A stretch of DNA of 64,000 nucleotides from an uncultured Clostridia bacterium (lineage in GTDB: Bacteria; Bacillota; Clostridia; Christensenellales; UBA1242). The notes under the pieces were generated by a model. That model ran no database searches, was not told where the DNA came from, and saw only the letters and a program-made list of their open reading frames with translations. Shown one piece after another: positions 50,801 to 58,379 of this stretch (the stretch's first letter is position 1; every line of letters begins with the position of its first letter). The translations under genes and the position numbers were made by a program. The DNA lies in NCBI GenBank assembly GCA_947053595.1, contig CAMRSX010000002.1:39071-103070 (forward strand), written 5' to 3'.

Positions 50801-51241
50801 TTGAGAGTTGTATGCCAGCACATCCTCGCCGCTTCCGGCAATATAGCCATAAGAATCATAGCCATTGATTTTTGCTTGGCTTTGCAAAACTTCGCCGCCC
50901 TCTCCATAGGTTTGAATGAAAAAGTTTGCAAAAGGCGCACTGGTGCCGTCTGCTTTTGAAAACACAAAACCATATGAAGAGGCTTTGCTTGTGTCATAGC
51001 CAACATTGTCCTTCATCACATAGCCCACAGTGGCAAGGTTGGCACTTTTGTCTTTGCTGACAATCAACCCGTCTGTGTTTGTGCCCGGAAGGTCGGTTAT
51101 GCTTTGAGATGCCACAGCATCTGCTTGGGCAGAAAATTTGGCTGTGGGCTGAACGCACAAAAACAGCCCGCCAAAGCCAAAGGTGATGCAAAGGCAAATC
51201 AGCAGCGCAAAAATTTTGTTTGAAAGCTTTGTCATGTTCAC
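44801..51241 (-). CDS. Large membrane-anchored polymorphic toxin with C-terminal WHH/HNH-like nuclease
   Basis: N-terminal signal/TM; InlB-B/Flg_new-like repeats (FLGWAD, FEGWLY); two mid-protein TM helices; Gly/Ala-rich hydrophobic helices; duplicated ~60-aa unit; tip GYTWDELEDMHTCLFVKTKDHNALAHAGG. Confidence 0.75.
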   Translation of the reverse strand: MNMTKLSNKIFALLICLCITFGFGGLFLCVQPTAKFSAQADAVASQSITDLPGTNTDGLIVSKDKSANLATVGYVMKDNVGYDTSKASSYGFVFSKADGTSAPFANFFIQTYGEGGEVLQSQAKINGYDSYGYIAGSGEDVLAYNSQGELKKDENGNPIVAGHRKVGIALKYNYSFNDNKTLSNASSKYWSISDDGWEGSIDGMSSVGCVGYGAVIVQKFVPTEDKSLPTSKADWKRVNSYAKDNAMAEGLHTVDFFNQFNPNNHTTPFTVYTPLGEDLQKGVYIKITVAYEIRHYEGWKWFKGKTYSYKNVVEQTTFYLCNSSGEIIFQNLYFQATNADDEEQTQQPDEATDTERKTGAISNNQGSVDGFRLDTMGENYEISYTQNGSTNSKIAKDGDVFYTPGRYDFKIKTKLGMVRNKTVYIHESGKERNKEIYFGGNLVDEDSQRVFDPNSIYPVYVKGQTKIRTLDENKNSSILHAPLVGKVFKVEGEWDEHQQKYSASVLPNGTLIAQKTATDKNWSFSNFESGKYVAIFANNEEYFLGTATGDNFVFVSKFEVRDTGFAPSANLETLQTMVATRDFASLHYVAKIPTAGKGKLLVVFLNENAAFEFACKHLVSTVTKFENGFVFDGKTYTSEIAMLSVLHQKAKNMVEKRYFDANNPDTFLTLKTSIILPTDNAEDEEASKTAKAEDVEEFVNITNRNFEKDVLIFADADATLDMTAGEMFLNSQKLAYLEEEDGVFKKVSEETRDLYFLKVAEFESAGQGVCVEKEDGSMKYSVPFGVSIQEFLEMKSAPTGKYNITEINAFGTTTFSAVYIRKGDVTTSLELTVLLDGTSATKTFNQMDNNTTICANSIIFEEAFNQLDPYGIIKLKKANGQEIICQLDEVENLPMLNEVGLHEIVLQDRLGNTSNLFVRITNASKICNLTLSNNGEILSQEKVYAGKIINLPQLSSDDENLKFLGWADEQGNIKPAGEFVFDGTSDTTFTAAWSFEKVEISILDGTEIAHYTKSVDDSQVLPQLSKEGYSLYGFRFTQADGTYRFYRGQIANVPNVASMTLEAVWKSNDNITNIQQGTEAEVKITLVDKDVVSVLSCPKTGKISLPQLQSKDGLLFEGWLYESSKLSGKIFTDEIDLLDVISEENQTAIKLSAIWLKSATVADDAVVGGKSNLVIADGGFASTTSKLLIYLALLVTFGGLLFVFLKRFIKNNKFSYCVEAFSAPEGAYKTQLHLSGNLGAADNLETYVRQKYAQPQKIKGAKAVKLSAKKGFYDRVIVPIIIAVLCFCMLTLSQGILLMASKGLAEEQAFTKTISRVIDRQNEKQQLLQLQAQQEDASWQVRSSEYALAEEYVDELGFNNKQSFLNSLVMVDLLEMGYEDVFDATATISGENKVIKGIGFTHYATGFEVGEEKYFGAGFIAYNGQYMLQEEDLKKDIFVERLEENQEDFEYNKFLLKLDEKWGVNHYVAYEEYVTYYVANHALICTRMPDSPTCYVDAYGKVYNYDTGSVCHYPNYGQEHKFDAYSITSNVSFQQTLETLQGYLANQDQNGMEVFVEKADFISAAAINSYMSHNQDEKFLGVDADTLLWYEANIEKTQYFLITEDGQVEVLDLPSTRASLFERIMIAIAAAAVVFAGIVLCAVAPGLGDIAGGAMISAAIDIFTQVTISGKAVTNVDWKSVGVSALTGAITGGFGAYFNSAAKIASVGKTVFQKFLIKAGAQALSAFYGGTCSYMITCAANGETPSLRDCMKSVGLGMATSILMYGGGELLGKFSEKIAGKLAWFRAVGDIVAGTITSFVSYAISCAISGQPMSIEGALLSLGMGAFMSGMAVLGNAAITSAKNHRAAKIEENATKSRIKHTLPSDKNENWSYEGADGKKITKADLLKNPKQEAYLVSKDGTQKYKIENGYRGKTNLLAKGPTVGPSPEELARMQNRIKYHLPSDKNKNYEIVGRNPDGSSRKLTKADLLQDPTQEAYVLIKNGKNAGQLMPIKNGYIDRKVMSEGSVFIKGGIVAGNRKKTFDYADEQMAKQWNEHPDTIPDDVKAYFRDKGIKIDYNDPSRNRLRYHNVAEVRRGVKSGGLGYTWDELEDMHTCLFVKTKDHNALAHAGGQDAIKFLVGECNGDFTKLRQDLFNTKNYLLNGGK

Positions 51242-54200
51242 ACCTCCTCAAACAGAATGGAAGAATATTTTTCAATCAGCCGCAAAATTTCTTGCATGGT
51301 TGTGCTGCCTTTTGCAAGGGCAATCTTAAGATAAGCCCCGCCAAACAAATCAAAAATTTCTGGTGGCACCTGTGCAAAATCTTCATAGGTGAAAAGCCCA
51401 TATTTCTCAATGTCAGCCAGCATCTTTTCTTCATCAATTTTCATGGTTTCTTTGTCAACCTCAAAGATGTTGACAAACGCCTGAGTTTCTGAAGGCATCG
51501 ACAAAAATCCATTCACATAAAGGCTTAAATAAGACGCCGTAACAGGGCTCCAAGCCGTGGTTGTCAGGCGGATGTTCTCCGCCTTCACAAGCCTGACATT
51601 GGTGTTTTGCATTCCGCTGGCTGTCAAACTTGCCTTGTTAAACAAGTGTCCAACAAACTGTTCAAAATTGTGTTTTGTGATGTAAACAAATTTGTTTTCA
51701 GAGACATCCCAAAAACCATGTTCGTCAATCATGTCCACAGTGGAGCCATCCTCAAAGGTTAAACGCGTGACAACATATTCCGCCTCTTCATGCACATCCA
51801 CAAACAAGATGTCTGCGCTGTCAAATGCGCCTGTTTCAAAGTTCCAAACCAGCAGTTTGTCTGTCATTTCAAGCTGTTCAACTTTCTTCTGGCTGCCGTC
51901 TGCCAGTGTGACAAGTGTGCCAGACGCCACGCAAGTTGGAGATTTTTCATACACAATATAAACATTCACCGTTGCGCCGTTTGTGGAAGACAAATTGCCC
52001 GGTTTCCACGTATTACTTGCGCCGCAATATTCGTTGGAAGCGCTGCCCACGCACCAGCGTAAAACTTGCCATTTGTCTATGGTTGGAGCAGTGAGAGTGT
52101 AATCTTGGTCATAAGAATAATTTGTTGTTCCTCTATGGGTTGTGGCATCATTTGCAACTGTGTATGTGGCAACTTTATAAGTGATTGCGCGCCACTTTCC
52201 ATACACCTTTTCATTTCTGCCAGCAAGGTCGGTTTGCAAACTTCCGTTTTTGTCATAAAAAGTTTTTTCAATATTTCCTTCTTTAAAATAGAAGCCATCA
52301 AAAATATATCCCGTTTTTTGCGCATCCACTTTGCTTACACTGCCCGCAATGTTGACAATGCTTGAAAAGTTTCCGCCGTTCTCCACAACTTGTGTGTTGA
52401 TTGGCAGCAAAAGCGTGCAGCAAAAGTTTGGATGCCCCGCAATTTTTTGTCCGTTATATTTTTCTTCTGTTGAAATTTTAAGTGTTTGTGTGGCAGAAGC
52501 ATTTGCTGCCGTCACTGTCACAATGCCGTCAGAAATGGAAATCCCGCCTTCTGAAGAACCCGCTTCAAAATCCAACAAGCCAAAGGTGTAAGTTGCATTG
52601 TTGTCAAAGCCTTGCCCAGCCACAAGGTTGCTTCTTAAGTTGGTGCCATTTGCCATAAGCTTAAAGCCGTCCGCAAACTTCACTTGCCCTTGCAGTGGAC
52701 GGAACACGCCAATTTTTGGCAGTACAATTTCATATTGCTCTTCTCCGTCACGGATGATGGCTTTGGCTTCAACAAAACTTCTTCCGCTTGCGGTTTGCTT
52801 AACGCAAATTTTTCCGCCAGCAGAAGCGTTTGCGTCCACATTATCTCCCAAAAATTCCAAGCCAGCAAAGCTAAGTCCAAAATCTTGCAGCGCCATGCCG
52901 CCAAACATAATTTCCACGTTGGCAGAACGGCCAACAAAAATTTGAGGATTGTTTTTGTCCAACTTTACGCCAGCGCTGTCTTTGTCAAGCAAGATATTAA
53001 ATTTTCCAGCTTCCAAAATGCCAAATTTGGAAACCACCTGAGAGTGCTGTGAAAACATCTTGTCAACCACAAACTCAAAGGTGCTTTCCTTTTTAAGTCT
53101 GTCATTGGTGCAAACTTTCACCCAAACCTTGGTGCCTGCACTTGTGTTTTGCTTCACCTTTATGGTGCCAGAGGTTTGCGAAACCTCTTCAATGTGCTGC
53201 CTGTCAAAATCCACAACCTTCCAAGACACATCGTCTGCGTTTTTGGAATGTGTGACAGAAAATGTTTCAAATTTTCCTCTTGAAAGTGGCTGTGCAGAAA
53301 GTGTGAGCTCTTCGTTTGGAATGTAAACCTCCAAAGCCACTTGCGCAATGATGCCGTCTTGAACAGCCTTCAGCACAATTTCCCTGTCAATCAAGCATTG
53401 CGAAAGATTTTTCTTCACCAAAAAACTCTTTTCAATTTGGTCGCCATTTTGGAAAGTTCCTTCAATGTTTTCTGCGCCCTTAACAATGCTTATGATTGCG
53501 TTGTTTTGGCTGGCGGTTGGGCTGGTGGCAGTGAAAAGGTTGACGCATTCTCCGCTTTGAATGCTGCTTATTGGATTGGTGTTGTCCGCAGTCAGCACAA
53601 GCGTTTTTGTTGGTTTGTAAATTTCAAAAGCCACTGTGTTGGAAACAACACCGTCTTTGGTTGTTGCCTGAATTTCCAGCATCAGTTTGCCAGCTGGAAG
53701 AGCGTCTTTCACAACAAGCTGCTCATCCACAAGGCTTGCATAAGCGTTGTCAAGCAGCGAATATGTCACCTCTTTGTTGGTGCAGTTGTGTGGCAAAAGT
53801 TGTGCTTGCAAAAGGTTGGAAAGTTTGTATGTTGTGCCTTCTTGCACATTTTCTTGCAAAGCAGTCAAGTGCAAACTTGTGGCAGGAACATACACCCCAA
53901 TTTCCACATCTTGCTTCAAAGTGATTCCGTTTTGATTGGACAAAACACTCACCACAAACGAAGGATTTTCCATTTCAATTTCACTTGCCTTGGCAATTTT
54001 CACGCTGTGTCCTTCCACCTGTGCAAGCAGTGGATTGCTTACCTTCAAACTGAAGTTTTTGTTGCAATCAGAAACATTGAAAGGTGTTGGAAAAATCACA
54101 TCAAAATCCAGCACTGTTTCTGGAAGATATAAGCCATCTTTGTTTGGTTTTGTTTGTCTGGCAATCAGCATGCTGGTGGCATAAACTGGAACAACCGTCA

Positions 54201-55125
54201 CCTCTTGTGTGTATGAGTTGTTGCCCACAATTTCAATTTTCACATTGATTTTTGTGCCAATTTCCGCCGTTTCAGAAACTGACAAAACACCGTTTTCGTC
54301 AATGGTGGCAGTGTCGCTTTCAACATCCACACTGTAAACCACTTTGTTCCACTCGTTCAGGCTGTTTTCGTCCACCTTAAAAGAATATTTTCCCTGCTGC
54401 TGAACTTCCTTCAAATCAGAATTTGCAGGCTCAATTTCAATCACTGGAATGTAAAGTTCAAAAGTTTTGATTGCAAAAATGTCAGGGTCGCTGGCGCTTG
54501 CCACGCGCACGCAAACTTGCAGATTGTCTTGTGGCAGATGGCTGTTGATGCAAAGCAAGCCGTCTTGCGAAAGAGTGGCATATTCTTGCCCCTGTGTGAT
54601 GCAAAACACAACTTCTTCATTTGTGACATCCAGTGGTTGCAAATCCACTGAAAGCATCAGCACCTCACCCTGCGCAAGACGCGTCTTTTTGTTTAAAATT
54701 TCCAATTTTTCTGCTGGCGTGCGCACAACAGAAAACACAAGGCTGTTTTCGCCTTCCACTTTGTCAACAGTGGTTGCCACTTCCACCTCTTTGCCAACTG
54801 GCGCATCTTTGTTTATGCAAATTTGGTTGCCAGAAATGGAAGCAAATTGGCTGCCTCGGACAATTTTGAAAGAAACTTCTTCAACAGTTGCTCTGGCAAT
54901 CTCTGGAAAAACCAGCGCTTGCAAGGTTGCACTTTGCCCCGCCCTAAGTTGCAAACTGCCGTTGACATCCAACTGCACTCTTTCAATTTCGTTTTTTTCA
55001 ACAACAAAATCAATTCCACTTTTGGCAAACGCGTTGTTTCCCACCAAAAGTGTCATTGTGCCACAAAAAAGCATGGCAAGCATTGTCATCACACAAAACA
55101 AAATTCTTTTTCCACTTATTTGCAT
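51238..55125 (-). CDS. Secreted Ig-like repeat protein with C-terminal Hedgehog-like Hint domain
   Basis: Signal peptide (…NAFA|KS); Big_2-like repeats; Hint block A CVASGTLVTLADGSQKKVEQL, block B DEHGFW, end AWSPVT…LYVNGFLS; ~85-aa tail. Confidence 0.85.
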   Translation of the reverse strand: MQISGKRILFCVMTMLAMLFCGTMTLLVGNNAFAKSGIDFVVEKNEIERVQLDVNGSLQLRAGQSATLQALVFPEIARATVEEVSFKIVRGSQFASISGNQICINKDAPVGKEVEVATTVDKVEGENSLVFSVVRTPAEKLEILNKKTRLAQGEVLMLSVDLQPLDVTNEEVVFCITQGQEYATLSQDGLLCINSHLPQDNLQVCVRVASASDPDIFAIKTFELYIPVIEIEPANSDLKEVQQQGKYSFKVDENSLNEWNKVVYSVDVESDTATIDENGVLSVSETAEIGTKINVKIEIVGNNSYTQEVTVVPVYATSMLIARQTKPNKDGLYLPETVLDFDVIFPTPFNVSDCNKNFSLKVSNPLLAQVEGHSVKIAKASEIEMENPSFVVSVLSNQNGITLKQDVEIGVYVPATSLHLTALQENVQEGTTYKLSNLLQAQLLPHNCTNKEVTYSLLDNAYASLVDEQLVVKDALPAGKLMLEIQATTKDGVVSNTVAFEIYKPTKTLVLTADNTNPISSIQSGECVNLFTATSPTASQNNAIISIVKGAENIEGTFQNGDQIEKSFLVKKNLSQCLIDREIVLKAVQDGIIAQVALEVYIPNEELTLSAQPLSRGKFETFSVTHSKNADDVSWKVVDFDRQHIEEVSQTSGTIKVKQNTSAGTKVWVKVCTNDRLKKESTFEFVVDKMFSQHSQVVSKFGILEAGKFNILLDKDSAGVKLDKNNPQIFVGRSANVEIMFGGMALQDFGLSFAGLEFLGDNVDANASAGGKICVKQTASGRSFVEAKAIIRDGEEQYEIVLPKIGVFRPLQGQVKFADGFKLMANGTNLRSNLVAGQGFDNNATYTFGLLDFEAGSSEGGISISDGIVTVTAANASATQTLKISTEEKYNGQKIAGHPNFCCTLLLPINTQVVENGGNFSSIVNIAGSVSKVDAQKTGYIFDGFYFKEGNIEKTFYDKNGSLQTDLAGRNEKVYGKWRAITYKVATYTVANDATTHRGTTNYSYDQDYTLTAPTIDKWQVLRWCVGSASNEYCGASNTWKPGNLSSTNGATVNVYIVYEKSPTCVASGTLVTLADGSQKKVEQLEMTDKLLVWNFETGAFDSADILFVDVHEEAEYVVTRLTFEDGSTVDMIDEHGFWDVSENKFVYITKHNFEQFVGHLFNKASLTASGMQNTNVRLVKAENIRLTTTAWSPVTASYLSLYVNGFLSMPSETQAFVNIFEVDKETMKIDEEKMLADIEKYGLFTYEDFAQVPPEIFDLFGGAYLKIALAKGSTTMQEILRLIEKYSSILFEEV

Positions 55126-55152
55126 AGCTTTCCCTCCTTAAATTTCCAGCCC

Positions 55153-57417
55153 TTAAACCTTAGAAAACTGGCAGTCTTCCACAAAAATCAAGACATCATC
55201 CATAACAAACACATTTGCAATCAGCAAATTTTCTTGAAGCGCAAAGGTAAAATCACCAACAGAAAGGTTAAAACTCTCATCCTCAAAGCTGATGACAACA
55301 ATCTTGTCGTCGCTTAGCCTATAGTTTCCAGAAATCTGCACCAAATTTTGTGAGTTGAAAGTTGAAGAAAAGCTGAATGTGCCGTCCGTGTTGAAAGTGT
55401 AAGTTGCATTGCAAGTCACCTGCTCTTCTTCTGACTGGTCTTTCAAAACGCAAACCCAACTTCCAACAATGTCAGCGGAAGAATAGTCCACCTCTTCCAA
55501 TTCCCAAAGTGCAAACAGCAAATATTTCTCTTTCTTTTCAGTCAAAAACTGATGAAAAGCCTCTTCGTTCAGCTTGCTTCCGCCTTCCGTTTTCGCCCAG
55601 CCCACAAAAACATATCCAACTCTCTCAAAGCCCGAAATGTCCAAAAGCGTGCTGTTTGCATCCAGCGTGATGTTTTCTTCCAGCTGGTCATAAAGTTTCA
55701 GCGTCAGTTCAATTTTGTCACTTTCTTTCTCCAGCTTCAAAACCGTCACATCACAGTTGCCAGAAAATTCCACAGTCTTAAGCTGAGCATAAGAAAAACT
55801 TTGTCCGTCAATCACAAATTGGAAGAAATGGTTTTCAGTGTCGGCAAACACCATGCCCACGCGCTGATAATGATTGTCGTCCAGCGCGCCCGTGCGCCCA
55901 GCGCTGTAAGAGAAGTTGAGTTCTTTTCCATCGCCCACAAAGCGAATTAAAAATCTTTCTCCCTCAAGTTCAATCGTGGAAAGTGCAAGCGTCTGCCCCT
56001 TGGTGATTTTCAAAACAAGGGTGTTGTTTGGATATTTCGTGTTTTGTCTGACACCATCCAGCACAAAATCCAAAACAGACGGATTGATGGAGCGCACATT
56101 CAGCACTGCGCCAACTGGAATTTCATAAATGCCGTTTTGCGTGTCAAACAGCAGGTTGTGCTCTAAGAAGGCAGTGTTGTCGTTGTGCCTAACTCCGTCA
56201 TCGTCCACATAGCTGAACGTCCAAGCCACAGAAACATCACTTGGCGCTTCCACCTCCAGCCTTCTTTTGCTTTGATATGGCTTTTCAACATTCAAACCTT
56301 CCACTTTGGCGCTTTTGGTGATGCCGCCCTCAGAATAAGCAATTTCAACCCATGTTGTGCCCGACATCAAAATGCCTTGCTTGCAAACAAAATTGCTCAC
56401 CTTTTCTGTCAGATTGCCCTCATAATGCGCTGTCACAATCAGTCCATTCATGTTGAAGTTTTCGCCTTGCACATATTCTTTCTGCACAGCCGTGTCATTC
56501 ACTTCAAGGGCAGTCAGTTTTCTGCGCGCCACTTCAATGTTTTGCAGCGCGGTTTTTGTGACATTGTTGAAGGTGTAAGAAATCACCACACTTTCTTGCC
56601 CAAAAACAAGCGGTGTTTCTTCATCCACCACAAAGCCTTCCTGCAAGTCTTCAAACAAAAATTCATAGTTTGCGCGGATTTTCAAGCCGCTCTTGTCAAA
56701 AGCTTCGCCCTCAAAATATGTGGTTTTGCTGGCAGAACTCAAAACCTGAATGCTTTGCAGGCTTTTTCTGTTCACCAACACAGGCACTTTCGCGGTTTTT
56801 TGTCCATAAAAAACAAAAATTTCCGTTGCGGCAGCTGTCAGTGGAGTGCGCTCAACTTCAAATTGCGAAATTTTTGCATCATAAACTCCAAAATTGCCCC
56901 AAACGGAAATGCTGGAAACATCAAAATATTGTCCTTCTGTGTAAGTTTGTGAAAAATCATCCTTTGTGATGGCATAAAGACCTTGCAAAGTGGTTCCATC
57001 ACGCGGATTGATGAAAATTGGCAAGCGCGAAGAAAAAGTGTTGTCACTTTCAACAGTCACAAGAAGAGTAACCTCTCCAAGTGTGTTTCCAAAGTCAACA
57101 ACACCATTTTCAGAAATCGTTGCAGCAAGAGAATTGCCCTCAAAATTCCAAGACACTTCGGGCTTTTCAAAAGCAGACAAATCTTCCATGCCATTGATTT
57201 TCAACTCAAAGGCAACATCACTTTCAAAAACTTCTGCATCAAAGCTGTCCACCACATTGCCTTCATGCACAAACTCAACAGACGAAATTGTAAACTTTGG
57301 CAAAGCAGCATTTGTGTTGCGAGGCAAAAAGACGCACAAAATTGCAACAACAACCCCCAGCACAACAACTGCACTTATGATTGGCAATATGATTTTAATC
57401 TTTTTGCAATTCACCAA
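55153..57417 (-). CDS. Membrane-anchored surface protein with bacterial Ig-like (Big_3) repeats
   Basis: N-terminal TM; three units like SIQVLSSASKTTYFEGEAFDKSGLKIRANY; Flg_new repeat RVGYVFVGW; C-terminal IVGSW lipocalin-like segment; TTG start after GGAGAGG. Confidence 0.8.
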   Translation of the reverse strand: MVNCKKIKIILPIISAVVVLGVVVAILCVFLPRNTNAALPKFTISSVEFVHEGNVVDSFDAEVFESDVAFELKINGMEDLSAFEKPEVSWNFEGNSLAATISENGVVDFGNTLGEVTLLVTVESDNTFSSRLPIFINPRDGTTLQGLYAITKDDFSQTYTEGQYFDVSSISVWGNFGVYDAKISQFEVERTPLTAAATEIFVFYGQKTAKVPVLVNRKSLQSIQVLSSASKTTYFEGEAFDKSGLKIRANYEFLFEDLQEGFVVDEETPLVFGQESVVISYTFNNVTKTALQNIEVARRKLTALEVNDTAVQKEYVQGENFNMNGLIVTAHYEGNLTEKVSNFVCKQGILMSGTTWVEIAYSEGGITKSAKVEGLNVEKPYQSKRRLEVEAPSDVSVAWTFSYVDDDGVRHNDNTAFLEHNLLFDTQNGIYEIPVGAVLNVRSINPSVLDFVLDGVRQNTKYPNNTLVLKITKGQTLALSTIELEGERFLIRFVGDGKELNFSYSAGRTGALDDNHYQRVGMVFADTENHFFQFVIDGQSFSYAQLKTVEFSGNCDVTVLKLEKESDKIELTLKLYDQLEENITLDANSTLLDISGFERVGYVFVGWAKTEGGSKLNEEAFHQFLTEKKEKYLLFALWELEEVDYSSADIVGSWVCVLKDQSEEEQVTCNATYTFNTDGTFSFSSTFNSQNLVQISGNYRLSDDKIVVISFEDESFNLSVGDFTFALQENLLIANVFVMDDVLIFVEDCQFSKV

Positions 57418-57476
57418 AATACCCTCTCCTTCAAAGCCACAATCACAGCCCAAAAATTCAGGTAAAATTCAGTTTG

Positions 57477-57505
57477 ATTATACATAAAATAATTTTATTT
57501 GTCAA
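57477..57505 (-). promoter_or_regulatory. Consensus sigma-A promoter of the surface-protein/toxin operon
   Basis: Minus strand TTGACA-17bp-TATAAT, perfect consensus. Confidence 0.85.
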
Positions 57506-57680
57506 TACATTTTTACAAAAATATAAAAAATAGCTAATAATTTAATTTTGGCGCAAAACGCCCACATTTTCAGTATATGCAACGCGCCCGCCAGCTGTGG
57601 AAGAGGAATCTGCCCAAGCGTTTTGTTGCCGCACACTTTTGTTTTTTTTGCAGTTTTACTCTTATTGCCGCTTTCTGCAC

Positions 57681-58301
57681 TTATTGAGCTTTTTGGTCTT
57701 TTCCCTCCTTGTTTTTTTGTGCTTTCTTTGTTTTGCATTTGTTTTTGTTTTCAGCCTTGCCTTTGATTTTGCGCTTTTTAAAAACAGAAAGCAGCGGGGT
57801 TTCCACCATCTTGCCCGTCAAAAGCACCACTCTTTCGCAATTTTCCACCGCATAGCCTTTCATTATGGCTTTGGCAAAGATGGTTAGCCCTGCAATCAGC
57901 GAGCTGACAAGGCAAGTGACAATGTAATACACATTTGCGTTGTGAATGTGCATGTTCACCACCAAGCTCACGCCGCCGGCACCGCTTAAAATGCCGCATA
58001 TGTCACCCACAACATCTCCGCAAAAAGAAGACACCTTTTCTGTGTTTTGGCAAAGTTTGATTGCGGTTTTATAGCCTTGCTTGCTTGCGTGCTTTTCCAG
58101 CAAGGCAATGTCCATGGAAGTCACTGCCACGCCAACCATGTCAAACACCGTGCTGAGAAAAATGAAAAACAAAATTATGAAGATGGAAGGAATGATGGAT
58201 AGGCTGGGAAACAAGCTTTGAGAAATCATGCTGAACAAAATGGACATCGAAATGGACAAGATGAAGGTTTTTGTTGCCCACCTTAAGTTGCTTCTTTTCA
58301 T
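57681..58301 (-). CDS. Membrane protein, DUF21/CNNM-like TM domain only
   Basis: FDMVGVAVT and SSFCGDVVGDICGILSG motifs; 4 hydrophobic segments; basic tail. Confidence 0.65.
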   Translation of the reverse strand: MKRSNLRWATKTFILSISMSILFSMISQSLFPSLSIIPSIFIILFFIFLSTVFDMVGVAVTSMDIALLEKHASKQGYKTAIKLCQNTEKVSSFCGDVVGDICGILSGAGGVSLVVNMHIHNANVYYIVTCLVSSLIAGLTIFAKAIMKGYAVENCERVVLLTGKMVETPLLSVFKKRKIKGKAENKNKCKTKKAQKNKEGKDQKAQ

Positions 58302-58379
58302 AGATATAATATATTTGCGTGTTTGCAAATTTAGGACAACCCAAAAACAAAAAAACAGGGCAAAATTTTGCCCTGTTTT

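Noticed and set aside
51238-51933. Self-splicing intein
   Set aside because: No terminal His-Asn plus Cys/Ser/Thr, no homing endonuclease, and not inserted in a conserved host protein
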